Shown piece by piece: positions 40,149 to 50,712 of a DNA stretch of 64,000 bases. The stretch is taken from positions 34,317 to 98,316 of IMG/VR virus record IMGVR_UViG_2597490289_000004; one strand, written 5' to 3'. Origin of the DNA: a virus (Duplodnaviria > Caudoviricetes). Positions within the stretch are counted from its first letter, which is position 1. Every line of letters starts with the position of its first letter. The translations under genes were made by a program, and so were the position numbers. The notes beneath the pieces were generated by a model. The model was not told where the DNA came from. It did no database searches and saw only the letters and a program-made list of their open reading frames with translations.

Positions 40149-40594
40149 TAAGATATGTGGATTTATTATATAGTATAAGCAAAACATTAAGAGAAAATTA
40201 CCCAAAAGCAACAATTAAGATAGATAAAAAGAAAAGTGAAGAAGAAATTAAAAATGGTCTATTTTATGTGACCATATCTCCATTAAATAGTAAGACCTTT
40301 TTTAATTTAAGAAAAAAATTATTAAATGTGTATATTGAATTTGTGGAAGAAGTTAAAACCCAAGAAAGCTCTTTAAATAAGATTGATGAATTAACAGAAT
40401 TGTTTGATGAAAGCATATATGTTAACAATAGAACATTACCAATATTAAATAAAGAGCCTAAAGACACAGATGATAATGTAATTTTAATGTTTACGCTTAA
40501 TTATTTTGATGGAAAAGCTGAACCTATTCCAGAAACTCCAGATGCAACTTATGATAAGCTTATGGGGATTTTAAAATTAAATATTATTGATTAA
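40145..40594 (+). CDS. Tail terminator
   Basis: Position before sheath. Confidence 0.65.
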   Translation: MIRYVDLLYSISKTLRENYPKATIKIDKKKSEEEIKNGLFYVTISPLNSKTFFNLRKKLLNVYIEFVEEVKTQESSLNKIDELTELFDESIYVNNRTLPILNKEPKDTDDNVILMFTLNYFDGKAEPIPETPDATYDKLMGILKLNIID

Positions 40595-40650
40595 AGACTA
40601 GTTATAACTGGTCTTATTTTTATGCACAAAATTAGAAAGGAGAGATGTAT

Positions 40651-41730
40651 ATGGCAACAAGTAATACTATGCATGGTACTAAATTTACAGTACAGGCATT
40701 AGCAGAGACAGCCAATATTAGAGCAAAGCATGGAGTGCTTTTTCTAATTCTAGATGATCCAACTGTAACTCCAGGAGTATATCAATATTCCAAATTAAAA
40801 AAAGTTGTTGAAAAATATGAAGAAAAGAATAAATCTCTTATAAGTACAATTTTCGCTGATTATGGAGTTAAAACATTAATAGTATCTGTTGGACACGCTG
40901 AAAGCGGATTAACTGGTTCTCTAGATAAATCATTATCATTACTTAATAAAGTAAATGAAAATGGATGGTTGGCAGTACCACAAATTAAAACAGATGAGGA
41001 TAAAAAGAAGGTAGCAGATTTTATTAAATCTCAAAGAAAAGAAGAAGACTATCAAATAAAAGCTGTACTCTACAATTATAAAAGTAATTTTGAAGGGATA
41101 GTAAATTTTACTGGAAAAGACTTAGGGGATATTTCTCCAGAAGAATATACAATACAAACAGCAGCTACATTATGTACTTTGGGCGCAAATGAAGCTGTTA
41201 CAAACCACATTGCAAAGAATGTAAAAAGTTGTGATGTGAAAGTAGACAACAATGAGTGTGTATCTAATGGGGAATTATTTTTATATAACAATGGTACTAA
41301 CATTGTTTACTCAAGAGGTGTAAATTCACTTGAAGTTATCGAAAATACACAATCAGAAGCATTATCTAAAATAAGAATTGTTGAAACTATGGATCTTGTG
41401 AAATCAGATTCTAATAAAATATTTGAATCACACTATTTAGGCAAAATAGGAAACTCATATAAAAATAGAAAAACATTGATAAATGAGCTGAACTCTTATT
41501 TAAGAACTTTAAGTAATGAAGGTTACTTAAGTAATGATGAAGAATCTTTTGCTGAATTAGATGCTGAAGCTACTAGAAAATATTTAGAAAGTAAAGGCAT
41601 TAATACTGATGAAATGAAAGATGAAGAAGTTTTAAAAGCTAAAACAGGAAGTTATGTATTTATAAAAATTACATTAAAAATTATGGATTGTATTGAAGAC
41701 ATTCATATTTGTCTACAATATGAAACTTAG
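40651..41730 (+). CDS. Tail sheath protein
   Basis: RGVNSL, SKIRIVETMD, YLGKIGNSY (XkdK-like). Confidence 0.85.
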   Translation: MATSNTMHGTKFTVQALAETANIRAKHGVLFLILDDPTVTPGVYQYSKLKKVVEKYEEKNKSLISTIFADYGVKTLIVSVGHAESGLTGSLDKSLSLLNKVNENGWLAVPQIKTDEDKKKVADFIKSQRKEEDYQIKAVLYNYKSNFEGIVNFTGKDLGDISPEEYTIQTAATLCTLGANEAVTNHIAKNVKSCDVKVDNNECVSNGELFLYNNGTNIVYSRGVNSLEVIENTQSEALSKIRIVETMDLVKSDSNKIFESHYLGKIGNSYKNRKTLINELNSYLRTLSNEGYLSNDEESFAELDAEATRKYLESKGINTDEMKDEEVLKAKTGSYVFIKITLKIMDCIEDIHICLQYET

Positions 41731-41745
41731 AAAGGAGTGAATTGA

Positions 41746-42207
41746 ATGAGCCAACAATTAAATCCTTATGATGTTGTTAGAACCAATAAGGGGTACATGA
41801 AAATAAATGGTATTGAATTAGCTGAATTAAAAGAATGTGAAATTAGCGTTGAACCTAATACTAAGAACTTGCCATTAATGAATAGTGCTACAGATGCAGA
41901 AGTGACAATGAGTTACAAATGTACTATAGCATTTAAACTAAATAAAAGATACAGCAGATTTAAACCAGCAATTTTAGAAGCTGCTAAAAAGCTACAAAAT
42001 TTTGTCTTTGATTTTGAAGCTACAAATTATACTCCTAATGGAGAAGAAGAAGAGAGTATTGCTATAACAAAAGCATGGATAAAAGGGAAAACAGTATTAA
42101 TGAAATTAGCAAGTGAAAATGATTTTGGAGAAGATAGTTTTGAAGCAGGATTCATGATTGAGAATAGTAATTATACTAATATTATAGATGATGGAGAAGA
42201 TTGGTAG
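41746..42207 (+). CDS. Tail tube protein (XkdM-like)
   Basis: Size and position after sheath. Confidence 0.8.
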   Translation: MSQQLNPYDVVRTNKGYMKINGIELAELKECEISVEPNTKNLPLMNSATDAEVTMSYKCTIAFKLNKRYSRFKPAILEAAKKLQNFVFDFEATNYTPNGEEEESIAITKAWIKGKTVLMKLASENDFGEDSFEAGFMIENSNYTNIIDDGEDW

Positions 42208-42259
42208 AGCATTAGATTTAGCTCTACCTTTAAATTTATTAATGGAAGGATGATTATAC

Positions 42260-42658
42260 ATGGCATTGTTAACTATAGAAGATATTATATCTAAAAAAGA
42301 AAATGTGAAAGAAGAAGGAAAAGAACAAAAAGGTCTTATATATTGTGAAAAATTTGGTGGAGAATTTGAAGCACATAGTTTAAGTAAAGGCGATTTAGCG
42401 GATGTTAGAGCAGAAATGAAGAAAGATCCTAAAAGAGGAACCTATAAAATGATATATATGAGTATAGATATGTTAAGAGAAAAGGAATTATTAGAATCTT
42501 ATGGGTGTGGAACTAACTCTTTAAATATAGTAGAAAGATTGTTTCCTAGAGAAAATCAAATTTTGGCAATAACAGAACTTTTAAATAAATTAAATGGATT
42601 AAGTAGACTAGATCCTAAAGAAATTTACTTAAAGGTGAGTGAAGAAACAAAAAACTAA
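42260..42658 (+). CDS. Tail assembly chaperone (XkdN-like)
   Basis: Ends EETKN with slippery A AAA AAC. Confidence 0.8.
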   Translation: MALLTIEDIISKKENVKEEGKEQKGLIYCEKFGGEFEAHSLSKGDLADVRAEMKKDPKRGTYKMIYMSIDMLREKELLESYGCGTNSLNIVERLFPRENQILAITELLNKLNGLSRLDPKEIYLKVSEETKN

Positions 42659-42660
42659 TA

Positions 42661-42879
42661 ATGTCCGAAGATGGTAAAGAGCTAGATATAGAACTTTATA
42701 TGATGGCTTATTATCTTCAACATGGACATAATTTAAAAGAATTATGCAATTTAACTGAATTAGAAAAGATTTTTATGACACAAAGTATGTTGTTAATGAA
42801 AGAAGAAGAAACAAAAAATAATATAGCATTAGCCGAATATACAGGAAAATTAGCTAATCCATATGCAATAAAGAAATAA
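42661..42879 (+). CDS. Chaperone frameshift extension
   Basis: In the -1 frame of upstream slippery site. Confidence 0.7.
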   Translation: MSEDGKELDIELYMMAYYLQHGHNLKELCNLTELEKIFMTQSMLLMKEEETKNNIALAEYTGKLANPYAIKK

Positions 42880-42892
42880 AGGAGGGAGGTTT

Positions 42893-44842
42893 ATGGCAGA
42901 TAATATATTAGGTGGTAGATTATCTTTAGAAGATGGATATTCTAGCGCATTACAAAGGTTTGCTAATGGAGTATTAGCATCAGAAAATAAGTTTGAACAA
43001 TTTGCAAATAGCGTTATAAATAGCAATCAAAGAATAGCTAATGATACTACAAAAACTTCCCAACAAATAGATAAAATAGCACAAAAGTTTATTCAAAAAG
43101 GTGATAGTGTAGCTGATGCTATCAACAAGGCTAATGATAAGGTTAAAGAAAACCAAGAAAAGACAATAGAAGGATTAGCACAGAAATATATTAAATTAGG
43201 AATGACTATACAAGATGCATATTCTAAAGCTCAAAGTGAATCTAATAATATATGGAATGGTGGAGGATCTAGTACTGGTGGTCCAGGAGGTTCTGATGGA
43301 TTTAAAGATTTTGCAGAATCTTTTTTAAATAGTGGATTTGCAGGAATAGTAGGAAAGCTTGGTCTTATTGGAGCAGGAATTACTGCAGGAATTACTACAA
43401 TGAAAACTATGAATAACTGGATGGAACAGGGATTTGGAATACTTAATAAAGTATCAGATGGTCTTTTTTCTTATGAAGGTGTTAAAAATGCAATAGAAGA
43501 ATCTATGGACTTTGAAACAGGTAGAATGAAGCTTGATTTATTCTATGGTGATGAACAAAAAGGATTAGAAGCATATCAAAAAGCTACTTATGAAGCGAAT
43601 AAAACTTTTGCAAGCGAAACAGATACAGTTGATATTATGGCTAAAATGGGTCAAATGAGTGTAACACTTTCAGAAGACCAATTAGAAAAATTTCTAGATG
43701 TAGCAGGTACTAGAGATGAAGTTGATACAAGTCATATAGGATTAGCAGTTAAAGAAGCTATTGAAGGTAGAATTGCTATGTTACAAATGTATGGTATTAA
43801 CAATAGAAATTTAAAGTCTTATTATGATGGACTTAAGAAATCTAATCCAGAAGAATATAAAGCTTTAAAAGGAGCATTAAGTAAAAAAGGTTCAGCAGGT
43901 AATCCACAAAAATATGTTAATTTGCTTACTGGTTATATTGAGCAATCTCCAATGAATGGATATGCTGAAACATATGCTAAAACTGTTAAAGGTAAGATGG
44001 AGAGACTAGAAGGTGTATGGGGTAAATTAAAAGCAGAAATAATGGGGATTGATACTAATACTGGTACTGCAAAAGAGGGTGGTGTATTTTCTGCTATTGC
44101 AGAAATGGTTGACGGATTAAAAACTAAATTAGAAGATCCTAAAACAATAAGTGGATTAGAAACTATAGGAAATGCATTTGGTAGTGTGTTTACTTCTATT
44201 TCTAATGCATTTAGTAAAGCGTTAGAACCAGATACAATAAACAAAGTAGCTGATTCAATAGTTAAAATTGGTAATGCATTAGCAAGTTTAATTAATAATT
44301 TTGTTGAAAGTGGTCAATTGGATAATCTGATTGAAAAACTACCTATTTTAGTAGAAAAAACACTTGGAAATGAAGTAATAAATAAAACTACAGATTTTCA
44401 AGTTGGAGCAGATATTGCTCAAGGAAATTGGTTAGATGCTACTGGCGATTGGTTTAGTGGAAAATTAGATTGGGTATATAATGCTTTAGGAATAAAAACC
44501 GATTATGGAATACTTGGAAGTAAAGGAACTAAAATGACAGCAGAAGATAGACAAGAAAAAAATAAAAATGATCTAGATTGGTTGAACAATAAATTTGGAA
44601 TTCCTAAATGGCTTTTATACAGTGATAATCCTATGATGAGTCCTAAGCTATTAACTGATGCAAATGCAAATACTGCGATAGATAAAAATAATAAGTTATC
44701 AGATGATGAAAAAAGTAAATTAAAATATGAGATAAATAATGATGATAAGGCTAAATATAATATAACTATTCATAAAGTAGAAGCTAATAATTTTGATGAG
44801 ATAATGAACTCTATAAAAGCAGCTCAAAAAAATAGAAAGTAG
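42893..44842 (+). CDS. Tape measure protein
   Basis: Helical A/G-rich 649 aa after chaperones. Confidence 0.85.
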   Translation: MADNILGGRLSLEDGYSSALQRFANGVLASENKFEQFANSVINSNQRIANDTTKTSQQIDKIAQKFIQKGDSVADAINKANDKVKENQEKTIEGLAQKYIKLGMTIQDAYSKAQSESNNIWNGGGSSTGGPGGSDGFKDFAESFLNSGFAGIVGKLGLIGAGITAGITTMKTMNNWMEQGFGILNKVSDGLFSYEGVKNAIEESMDFETGRMKLDLFYGDEQKGLEAYQKATYEANKTFASETDTVDIMAKMGQMSVTLSEDQLEKFLDVAGTRDEVDTSHIGLAVKEAIEGRIAMLQMYGINNRNLKSYYDGLKKSNPEEYKALKGALSKKGSAGNPQKYVNLLTGYIEQSPMNGYAETYAKTVKGKMERLEGVWGKLKAEIMGIDTNTGTAKEGGVFSAIAEMVDGLKTKLEDPKTISGLETIGNAFGSVFTSISNAFSKALEPDTINKVADSIVKIGNALASLINNFVESGQLDNLIEKLPILVEKTLGNEVINKTTDFQVGADIAQGNWLDATGDWFSGKLDWVYNALGIKTDYGILGSKGTKMTAEDRQEKNKNDLDWLNNKFGIPKWLLYSDNPMMSPKLLTDANANTAIDKNNKLSDDEKSKLKYEINNDDKAKYNITIHKVEANNFDEIMNSIKAAQKNRK

Positions 44843-44850
44843 GTGATTTT

Positions 44851-45564
44851 ATGGCACAATATGCACTAAATGATTCACAAATAGTAATCACTACATTGAA
44901 ACATTATGAAAATATGAATGGCTTAAGAGTTGATAGTGATAATTCTAAACCAGTAGAAGAAAGAGTTATTCTTTTGCCAGTGTCACCTAGTGATTTAATG
45001 TTTGATGAAAGTTCAGACAGCCAAACATTAAAATTAATGAATTATGGAGAGATACCTATTAGTATAAATAGAAAATTGGCAAAATGGTCAATATCCTCTT
45101 TTTTCCCAAAGAGGAGTAATAAAGCTTATTATAATAAAAATAAAGCTAATTCTATATGGAAATATCCTTTTGACTTATCTAGTGGTACAGAAGATCCGTA
45201 TACTTTTTATTGTGCGACATTATTAGAATGGAAAAACAAACAAATACCATTAGTATTTATGTTTAATACTTGGGGGAACTATTATTATTGTCAAATAACT
45301 AATTTTAAATATGGTAGAAAAGATGGAATAGGAAATGTATATTATGACCTACAATTTCAAGAATATAAAAAAATAAGTTTAGAAACTGGAGAAAATGGAA
45401 CAACAGATTATCCATCTAATATTTATTATCCGGAATCAGGTGAATCTATACAGGATATGGCAAAAAAAATATATGGAAGTTCTGAATATTATAAAACAAT
45501 AATGAGCTTAAATAATCTTACTACTCCTGCAATTATAGCAGGAAAAGGCTATAAGATAAGATGA
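44851..45564 (+). CDS. XkdP-like baseplate/LysM protein
   Basis: LLPVSP, SSFFP, C-terminal LysM-like repeat. Confidence 0.8.
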   Translation: MAQYALNDSQIVITTLKHYENMNGLRVDSDNSKPVEERVILLPVSPSDLMFDESSDSQTLKLMNYGEIPISINRKLAKWSISSFFPKRSNKAYYNKNKANSIWKYPFDLSSGTEDPYTFYCATLLEWKNKQIPLVFMFNTWGNYYYCQITNFKYGRKDGIGNVYYDLQFQEYKKISLETGENGTTDYPSNIYYPESGESIQDMAKKIYGSSEYYKTIMSLNNLTTPAIIAGKGYKIR

Positions 45565-45621
45565 TTGACAAAACCTTCTAATAATATACAATTATAGTAT
45601 ATACTGTTTAGGGGGATATAC

Positions 45622-45906
45622 ATGGACAATAATAATATTGAAAAAAACGACATAATAAGAAAAATCAAATTATCAGGAGAAAATATTGCTACTGTGTTTA
45701 ATATTGTTGCAATAATAATGATAATTGGAATGATTGGCTCTTTTTTAACTGGAAATATAGGAACAGCAATAGCATTGGTAGTTGGATCTATTTCTATTTT
45801 TATATTAGGTTTAGCTGTTAAAGCCTTATTTGGTTGTATTTCTATTATAGCTGAAAATACAGAGAAACAAGTAGAACTACTAGAAGAAATGCGTAAAAAT
45901 AAATAG
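45622..45906 (+). CDS. Two-TM moron protein
   Basis: Own TTGACA-16-TACAAT promoter at 45565-45592 and downstream hairpin within tail operon. Confidence 0.7.
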   Translation: MDNNNIEKNDIIRKIKLSGENIATVFNIVAIIMIIGMIGSFLTGNIGTAIALVVGSISIFILGLAVKALFGCISIIAENTEKQVELLEEMRKNK

Positions 45907-45978
45907 AAAAATTTTTAAACACTTAGGAAATCCTAGGTGTTATTTTTATACTTAAATTTAAGGAAAGGAATATTACAT

Positions 45979-46746
45979 ATGGAATTAAGCGTTTATATTT
46001 ATGAAAATGATGGTACTTTTAGAATTTTAAATGATTTAATTACAAATGTAAAATACACTTGTAGTTTAGATAAAATAGCACAACAAGTAGATGTAACATT
46101 AGCTTATGGAATTTATAGTGATTTACCTTCTCTTTATATAGAACCAGGACAAAAAATAGAGCTCTATGTTGGCAGTAGAAATATTTTTAAAGGTAAAGTA
46201 ATAACTTCTAATTTAAAGGCTGATAAAGAAGAACTAGAATTAACTTGTTACGATTTTATCTGGTATTTAACTAAATCTAAGGTTGTCTATAATTTTAATA
46301 ATATAAGTGCTTTTGATGCTGTATGTAAAATTTTCAATGATTTAGAAATTCCATATTCATTACCTGGAATCCTAGGCGGGCCTAATGGGGAAGGAGCTTC
46401 AATTAATATAGAACATCTAGTTAAAAATAAAAGTGCTTACGATGCTTGCATGATGATCGCCACAGAAGTTCATAATCAATTTGGGATTTATTATTATATG
46501 TTTATGGATGTGGCAGGAAATGTAAATTTAATGGAATGTGATAGATACTGGAGTAAGCAAACAATTAGACCATGTAGTGATCCTTCTTTAGCTAATCCAG
46601 ATGGAACACTTATAGCTTTATCCTATAGGAATGATATGTCAGATATGGTTACAAGAGTTCAATTATTCGATAGTAAAGGTAATGCTGTAGATATAGAAAC
46701 TGGAGAATCTGCTGAAGGTGATGATGATGAAGGTGGTGAAGAATAA
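45979..46746 (+). CDS. Baseplate hub, N-terminal part (XkdQ-like)
   Basis: IFKGKV, TCYDFIWYLTKSK. Confidence 0.75.
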   Translation: MELSVYIYENDGTFRILNDLITNVKYTCSLDKIAQQVDVTLAYGIYSDLPSLYIEPGQKIELYVGSRNIFKGKVITSNLKADKEELELTCYDFIWYLTKSKVVYNFNNISAFDAVCKIFNDLEIPYSLPGILGGPNGEGASINIEHLVKNKSAYDACMMIATEVHNQFGIYYYMFMDVAGNVNLMECDRYWSKQTIRPCSDPSLANPDGTLIALSYRNDMSDMVTRVQLFDSKGNAVDIETGESAEGDDDEGGEE

Positions 46747-48203
46747 TGGCTAAGTCTCCTGAACTTGAACATATGAGTATTGGAAAAGCACAAACACTAG
46801 GAACTAAAAAAGTAAATGAATTATTAGGATTAAAGAATTTAACAGATGAAACAACTGGAGAAGAAGCTAAGGCAATTAATAATACTTTAACAGCTCCTAG
46901 TGGCATTATTAAAAAATATGGACTTATACAGGATATTATTTTTAAATCTAAAAAAGAAGACCCAACTTTAAAAGCTAAAAGAATATTAAATGAGAACTGC
47001 AAGCCTAAAGAAACTATAGAAGTAGAATGTATTGGAGATATAGACTATAGAGTGGGTTTTGGAGTTCATTTAGTTGCGCCATTTTTAAAAGGATATGAAG
47101 ATTGTTTTATGTATATAAAAGAGGTAGAGCATGAATGGAAATCTAATAATTTATTTATAAGTAAACTTACATTAACACCATCACGTGTTATGGATGAAAT
47201 GGAATGGACAGATTTATATGAGGACGAAGATGAAGAAGGAAATTCAGCTTCAAGTTCTGCTTTATGGGAAAAAATTTATTCTGTTTTAAAACAACAAGAA
47301 GGCAAATCGTATGTTTGGGGTGCGCATGGACCAGATACATTCGATTGTAGTGGCCTAGTAGAATATTGTTATAATCAATATAAAGCAGAATTAGGACTAA
47401 CACTTGGTTGGACTACTTATGAGCAATGTAAACAAGGAACTGAGGTTGATAAAAATAGTAAAGAGAGTTGGGAACCAGGAGATTTATTATTTTGGATTGG
47501 TAATGGTAGTTATCCAGAACCAGCTCATGTTAGTGTTTATATTGGTGATAATAAAATGCTTCATGCCCCAAGAACTGGAGATGTAGTAAAAACTGTAGAT
47601 GTTACAAGAACAGATATTTATTCTGTTAAAAGGGTAATACCAGCAAGTAAAACTGGGTATGCAGATATTAATATTGAAGGTGTTCCAGATGAATATGCGG
47701 GTAATTTAACTGCGGTTGAAGGTAATTGCAATACATTTATTTCTAATATGAGCAAATATAATTTTAAAGATATTATTATAAATAAATCTAATGCATATAA
47801 AATAGATGCTTATGTTACTGCTGCAATTATTGCGATAGAAAGTGAAGGAAATCCTTATTGTGGAGGTTCATATTATGGATTAATGCAAGTAAGTGGAGGT
47901 TCATCAGACCCAGCTAATAATATAGAGCAGGGATTAAAAGAATATAAACAAAAAATGAGTGCTGTTGGTGTTCAACCTCATGTAATATTTTCTGCTTATA
48001 ATAGTGGTGAAGGCACAGTACTTAATGCTTGCAAGCAAAATGGATATAATACATCAACTGTAACAGTTAAACAATTAGGAGATGCTTTATATAGTTATGT
48101 GAAGGCAAATAATTCAGACTGGGATCCAAACGAAAAGAAATATTATGCTTCAAAAGTATTAAAGGCCTACAATATATTAAAAACTAAAAATGCATTAAAG
48201 TAA
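46746..48203 (+). CDS. Hub C-terminal part fused to NlpC/P60 and lytic transglycosylase domains
   Basis: KKYGLIQ; YVWGAHGPDTFDCSGL, HVSVY; AIESEG, GLMQV, AYNSG. Confidence 0.85.
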   Translation: MAKSPELEHMSIGKAQTLGTKKVNELLGLKNLTDETTGEEAKAINNTLTAPSGIIKKYGLIQDIIFKSKKEDPTLKAKRILNENCKPKETIEVECIGDIDYRVGFGVHLVAPFLKGYEDCFMYIKEVEHEWKSNNLFISKLTLTPSRVMDEMEWTDLYEDEDEEGNSASSSALWEKIYSVLKQQEGKSYVWGAHGPDTFDCSGLVEYCYNQYKAELGLTLGWTTYEQCKQGTEVDKNSKESWEPGDLLFWIGNGSYPEPAHVSVYIGDNKMLHAPRTGDVVKTVDVTRTDIYSVKRVIPASKTGYADINIEGVPDEYAGNLTAVEGNCNTFISNMSKYNFKDIIINKSNAYKIDAYVTAAIIAIESEGNPYCGGSYYGLMQVSGGSSDPANNIEQGLKEYKQKMSAVGVQPHVIFSAYNSGEGTVLNACKQNGYNTSTVTVKQLGDALYSYVKANNSDWDPNEKKYYASKVLKAYNILKTKNALK

Positions 48204-48214
48204 AAGGGGATGAT

Positions 48215-48568
48215 ATGATGGCTTCATCATTTGATGAATTTTGGAATGTTATAGATAATCAACAAAAAAAGAATATGATTGATGAACCTTTTGAAGTTGG
48301 AAAAGTAACTTCATTAGACCCTTTAGTTATAGAACTGGAGGGTCTTCCTTTATATAGAAACAATTTATATATAAATCCTTATTTGCTGGCATGGGATGAA
48401 GAGGTAAATATAAAAACTAGTATAAATAATGAACATAGTCATACAATTTCAATTATTCAGCACCATTCAAAGTTAAAACTTGGTTCAAATGTTGCTTGCT
48501 ATGGAATTGGATATGATGAGAGTGGAAAAACATATCAAAAATATTGTGTGTTAGGGGTGATTGGATAA
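48215..48568 (+). CDS. XkdR-like baseplate spike protein
   Basis: GKVTSLDPL, HSH; position. Confidence 0.65.
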   Translation: MMASSFDEFWNVIDNQQKKNMIDEPFEVGKVTSLDPLVIELEGLPLYRNNLYINPYLLAWDEEVNIKTSINNEHSHTISIIQHHSKLKLGSNVACYGIGYDESGKTYQKYCVLGVIG

Positions 48569-49026
48569 TGAGTTTTTTCCCGGAAGATTTTTATAGTAAT
48601 AAAGCAATGAATAGAACAAAGAAAAAAGAAATTAAATTATTAAAGGATTATGCAATAAATCTTGATACAGGAGAAATATTACTTGATGAAAATAAAAAAG
48701 CAATTATCGTAGAAGGTTTAGATGCAGTGATAGTACAGGCATGGAGAAAGATATACACCAAGAAATTAGATCCTTTTACAGGAGACGGTTACTTAATTTA
48801 TAGTAAGAATTTTGGAAGTCAACTTCATAAACTTATAGGAAAAAGTAAAAGTAATGGTGATATTTATGCATATCAAATGCTTCATGATTGTTTAGTGGAT
48901 GGAATTTATGTAACTGGAATAAATAATTTTTCAACTGAATTGGAAAAAAGCTGTTATAAGATAAATTATACTATAGAAAGTATCTATGGAAATAAAGATG
49001 ATAGCTTTTATGTAGATATAGATTAG
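48568..49026 (+). CDS. XkdS-like baseplate protein
   Basis: IYSKNFGS, SIYG. Confidence 0.75.
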   Translation: MSFFPEDFYSNKAMNRTKKKEIKLLKDYAINLDTGEILLDENKKAIIVEGLDAVIVQAWRKIYTKKLDPFTGDGYLIYSKNFGSQLHKLIGKSKSNGDIYAYQMLHDCLVDGIYVTGINNFSTELEKSCYKINYTIESIYGNKDDSFYVDID

Positions 49027-49037
49027 GAGGCGATTTG

Positions 49038-50105
49038 ATGGCTTATTATAGAAGCGCTGAGGATATATATGAAGAAATGTTCTTAGGATATACAGAAACT
49101 GACACAAATGAAGGAAGTTTGATTTATAACTCTTGTATGCCAGTATGTATTAAATTATCAACTGCTTTATTAGATTTAGATGAAGCTACAAAAAAAGTAT
49201 TTGCTAGTTCTGCTTTAGAAAGTGGATATTCTAATTATCTAGAAATGAGAATAAAAGAAGTTGGAATAGAAAGAAAGCAACCAACTTATGCCAGTACTAA
49301 AATTGATGTAAATGGTTCTCCAAATGCAAATTTAAAGGCAAATAGTATTGCAGGAATTAAAGATAACAGATTATATATAACTCAAAATGATTTAGTATTA
49401 GATCAAGATGGATATGGAGAAGTTATTATAAGAGCAGAAAAGCCTGGTAGCAAATACAATGCAAAAGTTAATGAAATAAATTATTTGCCAATAAAATATA
49501 ATGGGATAACTAGTATTACCAATAAAGAAGCTGTAACTAATGGTTATGACATTGAGAGTGATGAAGATTTATATAATAGATATTTACTAAAGGTACAGAC
49601 TCCAGCCACTAGCGGGAATGACTACCACTATAAACAATGGTGTTTAGAAACAGAGGGGTGCGGAAGTGCAAAAGTATATCCACTTTGGAATGGTAATGGT
49701 ACTGTAAAATGTGTTATTTCAAATAGTAATAAAAGAGCTGCCAGTAAAGAGCTGATAGATAAGGTAGCAAAGCATATTGAAGAAAATAGACCTATAGGAG
49801 CAACTGTAACTGTAGTTTCTGTAGAAGAATTACTTTTAAATATATCTGTAAGTTTAATTTATAATTCTAAAGAAATTACATTAGATAAGATTAAGGAAAA
49901 TATAAAAAGTTCTATAGAAGAGTATTTAAAGAAAGTAGCTTTAAATATTAATTATATAAGTATTGCTAAAATAGGAGCTTTAATACTTAGTTCAGATGGT
50001 GTTGAAGATTATAATAATTTAACCATTAATAGTAGCGCTACTAATGTAACTGTAAATGACAATCAAATAGCTGTTTTAGGAGAGGTGGTATGTAATGCAA
50101 CTTAA
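49038..50105 (+). CDS. Baseplate J (XkdT-like)
   Basis: GYDIESDEDL, TSGNDYHY.QW, PLWNGNGTV, RPIGA. Confidence 0.9.
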   Translation: MAYYRSAEDIYEEMFLGYTETDTNEGSLIYNSCMPVCIKLSTALLDLDEATKKVFASSALESGYSNYLEMRIKEVGIERKQPTYASTKIDVNGSPNANLKANSIAGIKDNRLYITQNDLVLDQDGYGEVIIRAEKPGSKYNAKVNEINYLPIKYNGITSITNKEAVTNGYDIESDEDLYNRYLLKVQTPATSGNDYHYKQWCLETEGCGSAKVYPLWNGNGTVKCVISNSNKRAASKELIDKVAKHIEENRPIGATVTVVSVEELLLNISVSLIYNSKEITLDKIKENIKSSIEEYLKKVALNINYISIAKIGALILSSDGVEDYNNLTINSSATNVTVNDNQIAVLGEVVCNAT

Positions 50106-50712
50106 AGATTATGTACCATCCTTTTTGAGTGGTGATAAGATTTTATCTAAAGTCTATGAAGAACAGCAAAAGCAAGTAGATTCAACTAATGCAGATATAC
50201 AAAATTTAATTAATCAATGTTTTATTGAAACTGCAACTTGGGGATTAGATACTTGGGAAAAGGAATTAGGAATACAGAATAATATAAATTATAGTTATGC
50301 AATTAGAAGAAGTAGGATTTTAGCAAAATTAAAAGGTCAAGGAACAACTACCATAGAAGCGATTAAGAATATATGTAAAAGCTTTGTTGAAGATGTTGAG
50401 GTTATAGAACATAATCCAGAGTATTATTTTGAAATAGATTTACTTAGTCATAGTGGATTTCCAAGCGGTTTTGATACTTTGTATGATTCTATAAGAGAAG
50501 TAAAACCAAGTCATTTAAATACTAATTATATTTTAAGAGCAATTACAGAAACAGATTTTAGAGTGGTTATGGTTGGTCTACAAGGAGAAATAGTAAGGGT
50601 ATTTCCGTGGACTCCTAACAATTTAGCTTATAAAACAGATGTTAAAATTCCATTAATGCAACCTAAAAGTTTTGAAAACATTAGAACATATCCAGTAGAG
50701 GAGGGATTATAG
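50095..50712 (+). CDS. XkdU-like baseplate protein
   Basis: TATWGLDTWEKELG, KPSHL. Confidence 0.85.
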   Translation: MQLKDYVPSFLSGDKILSKVYEEQQKQVDSTNADIQNLINQCFIETATWGLDTWEKELGIQNNINYSYAIRRSRILAKLKGQGTTTIEAIKNICKSFVEDVEVIEHNPEYYFEIDLLSHSGFPSGFDTLYDSIREVKPSHLNTNYILRAITETDFRVVMVGLQGEIVRVFPWTPNNLAYKTDVKIPLMQPKSFENIRTYPVEEGL

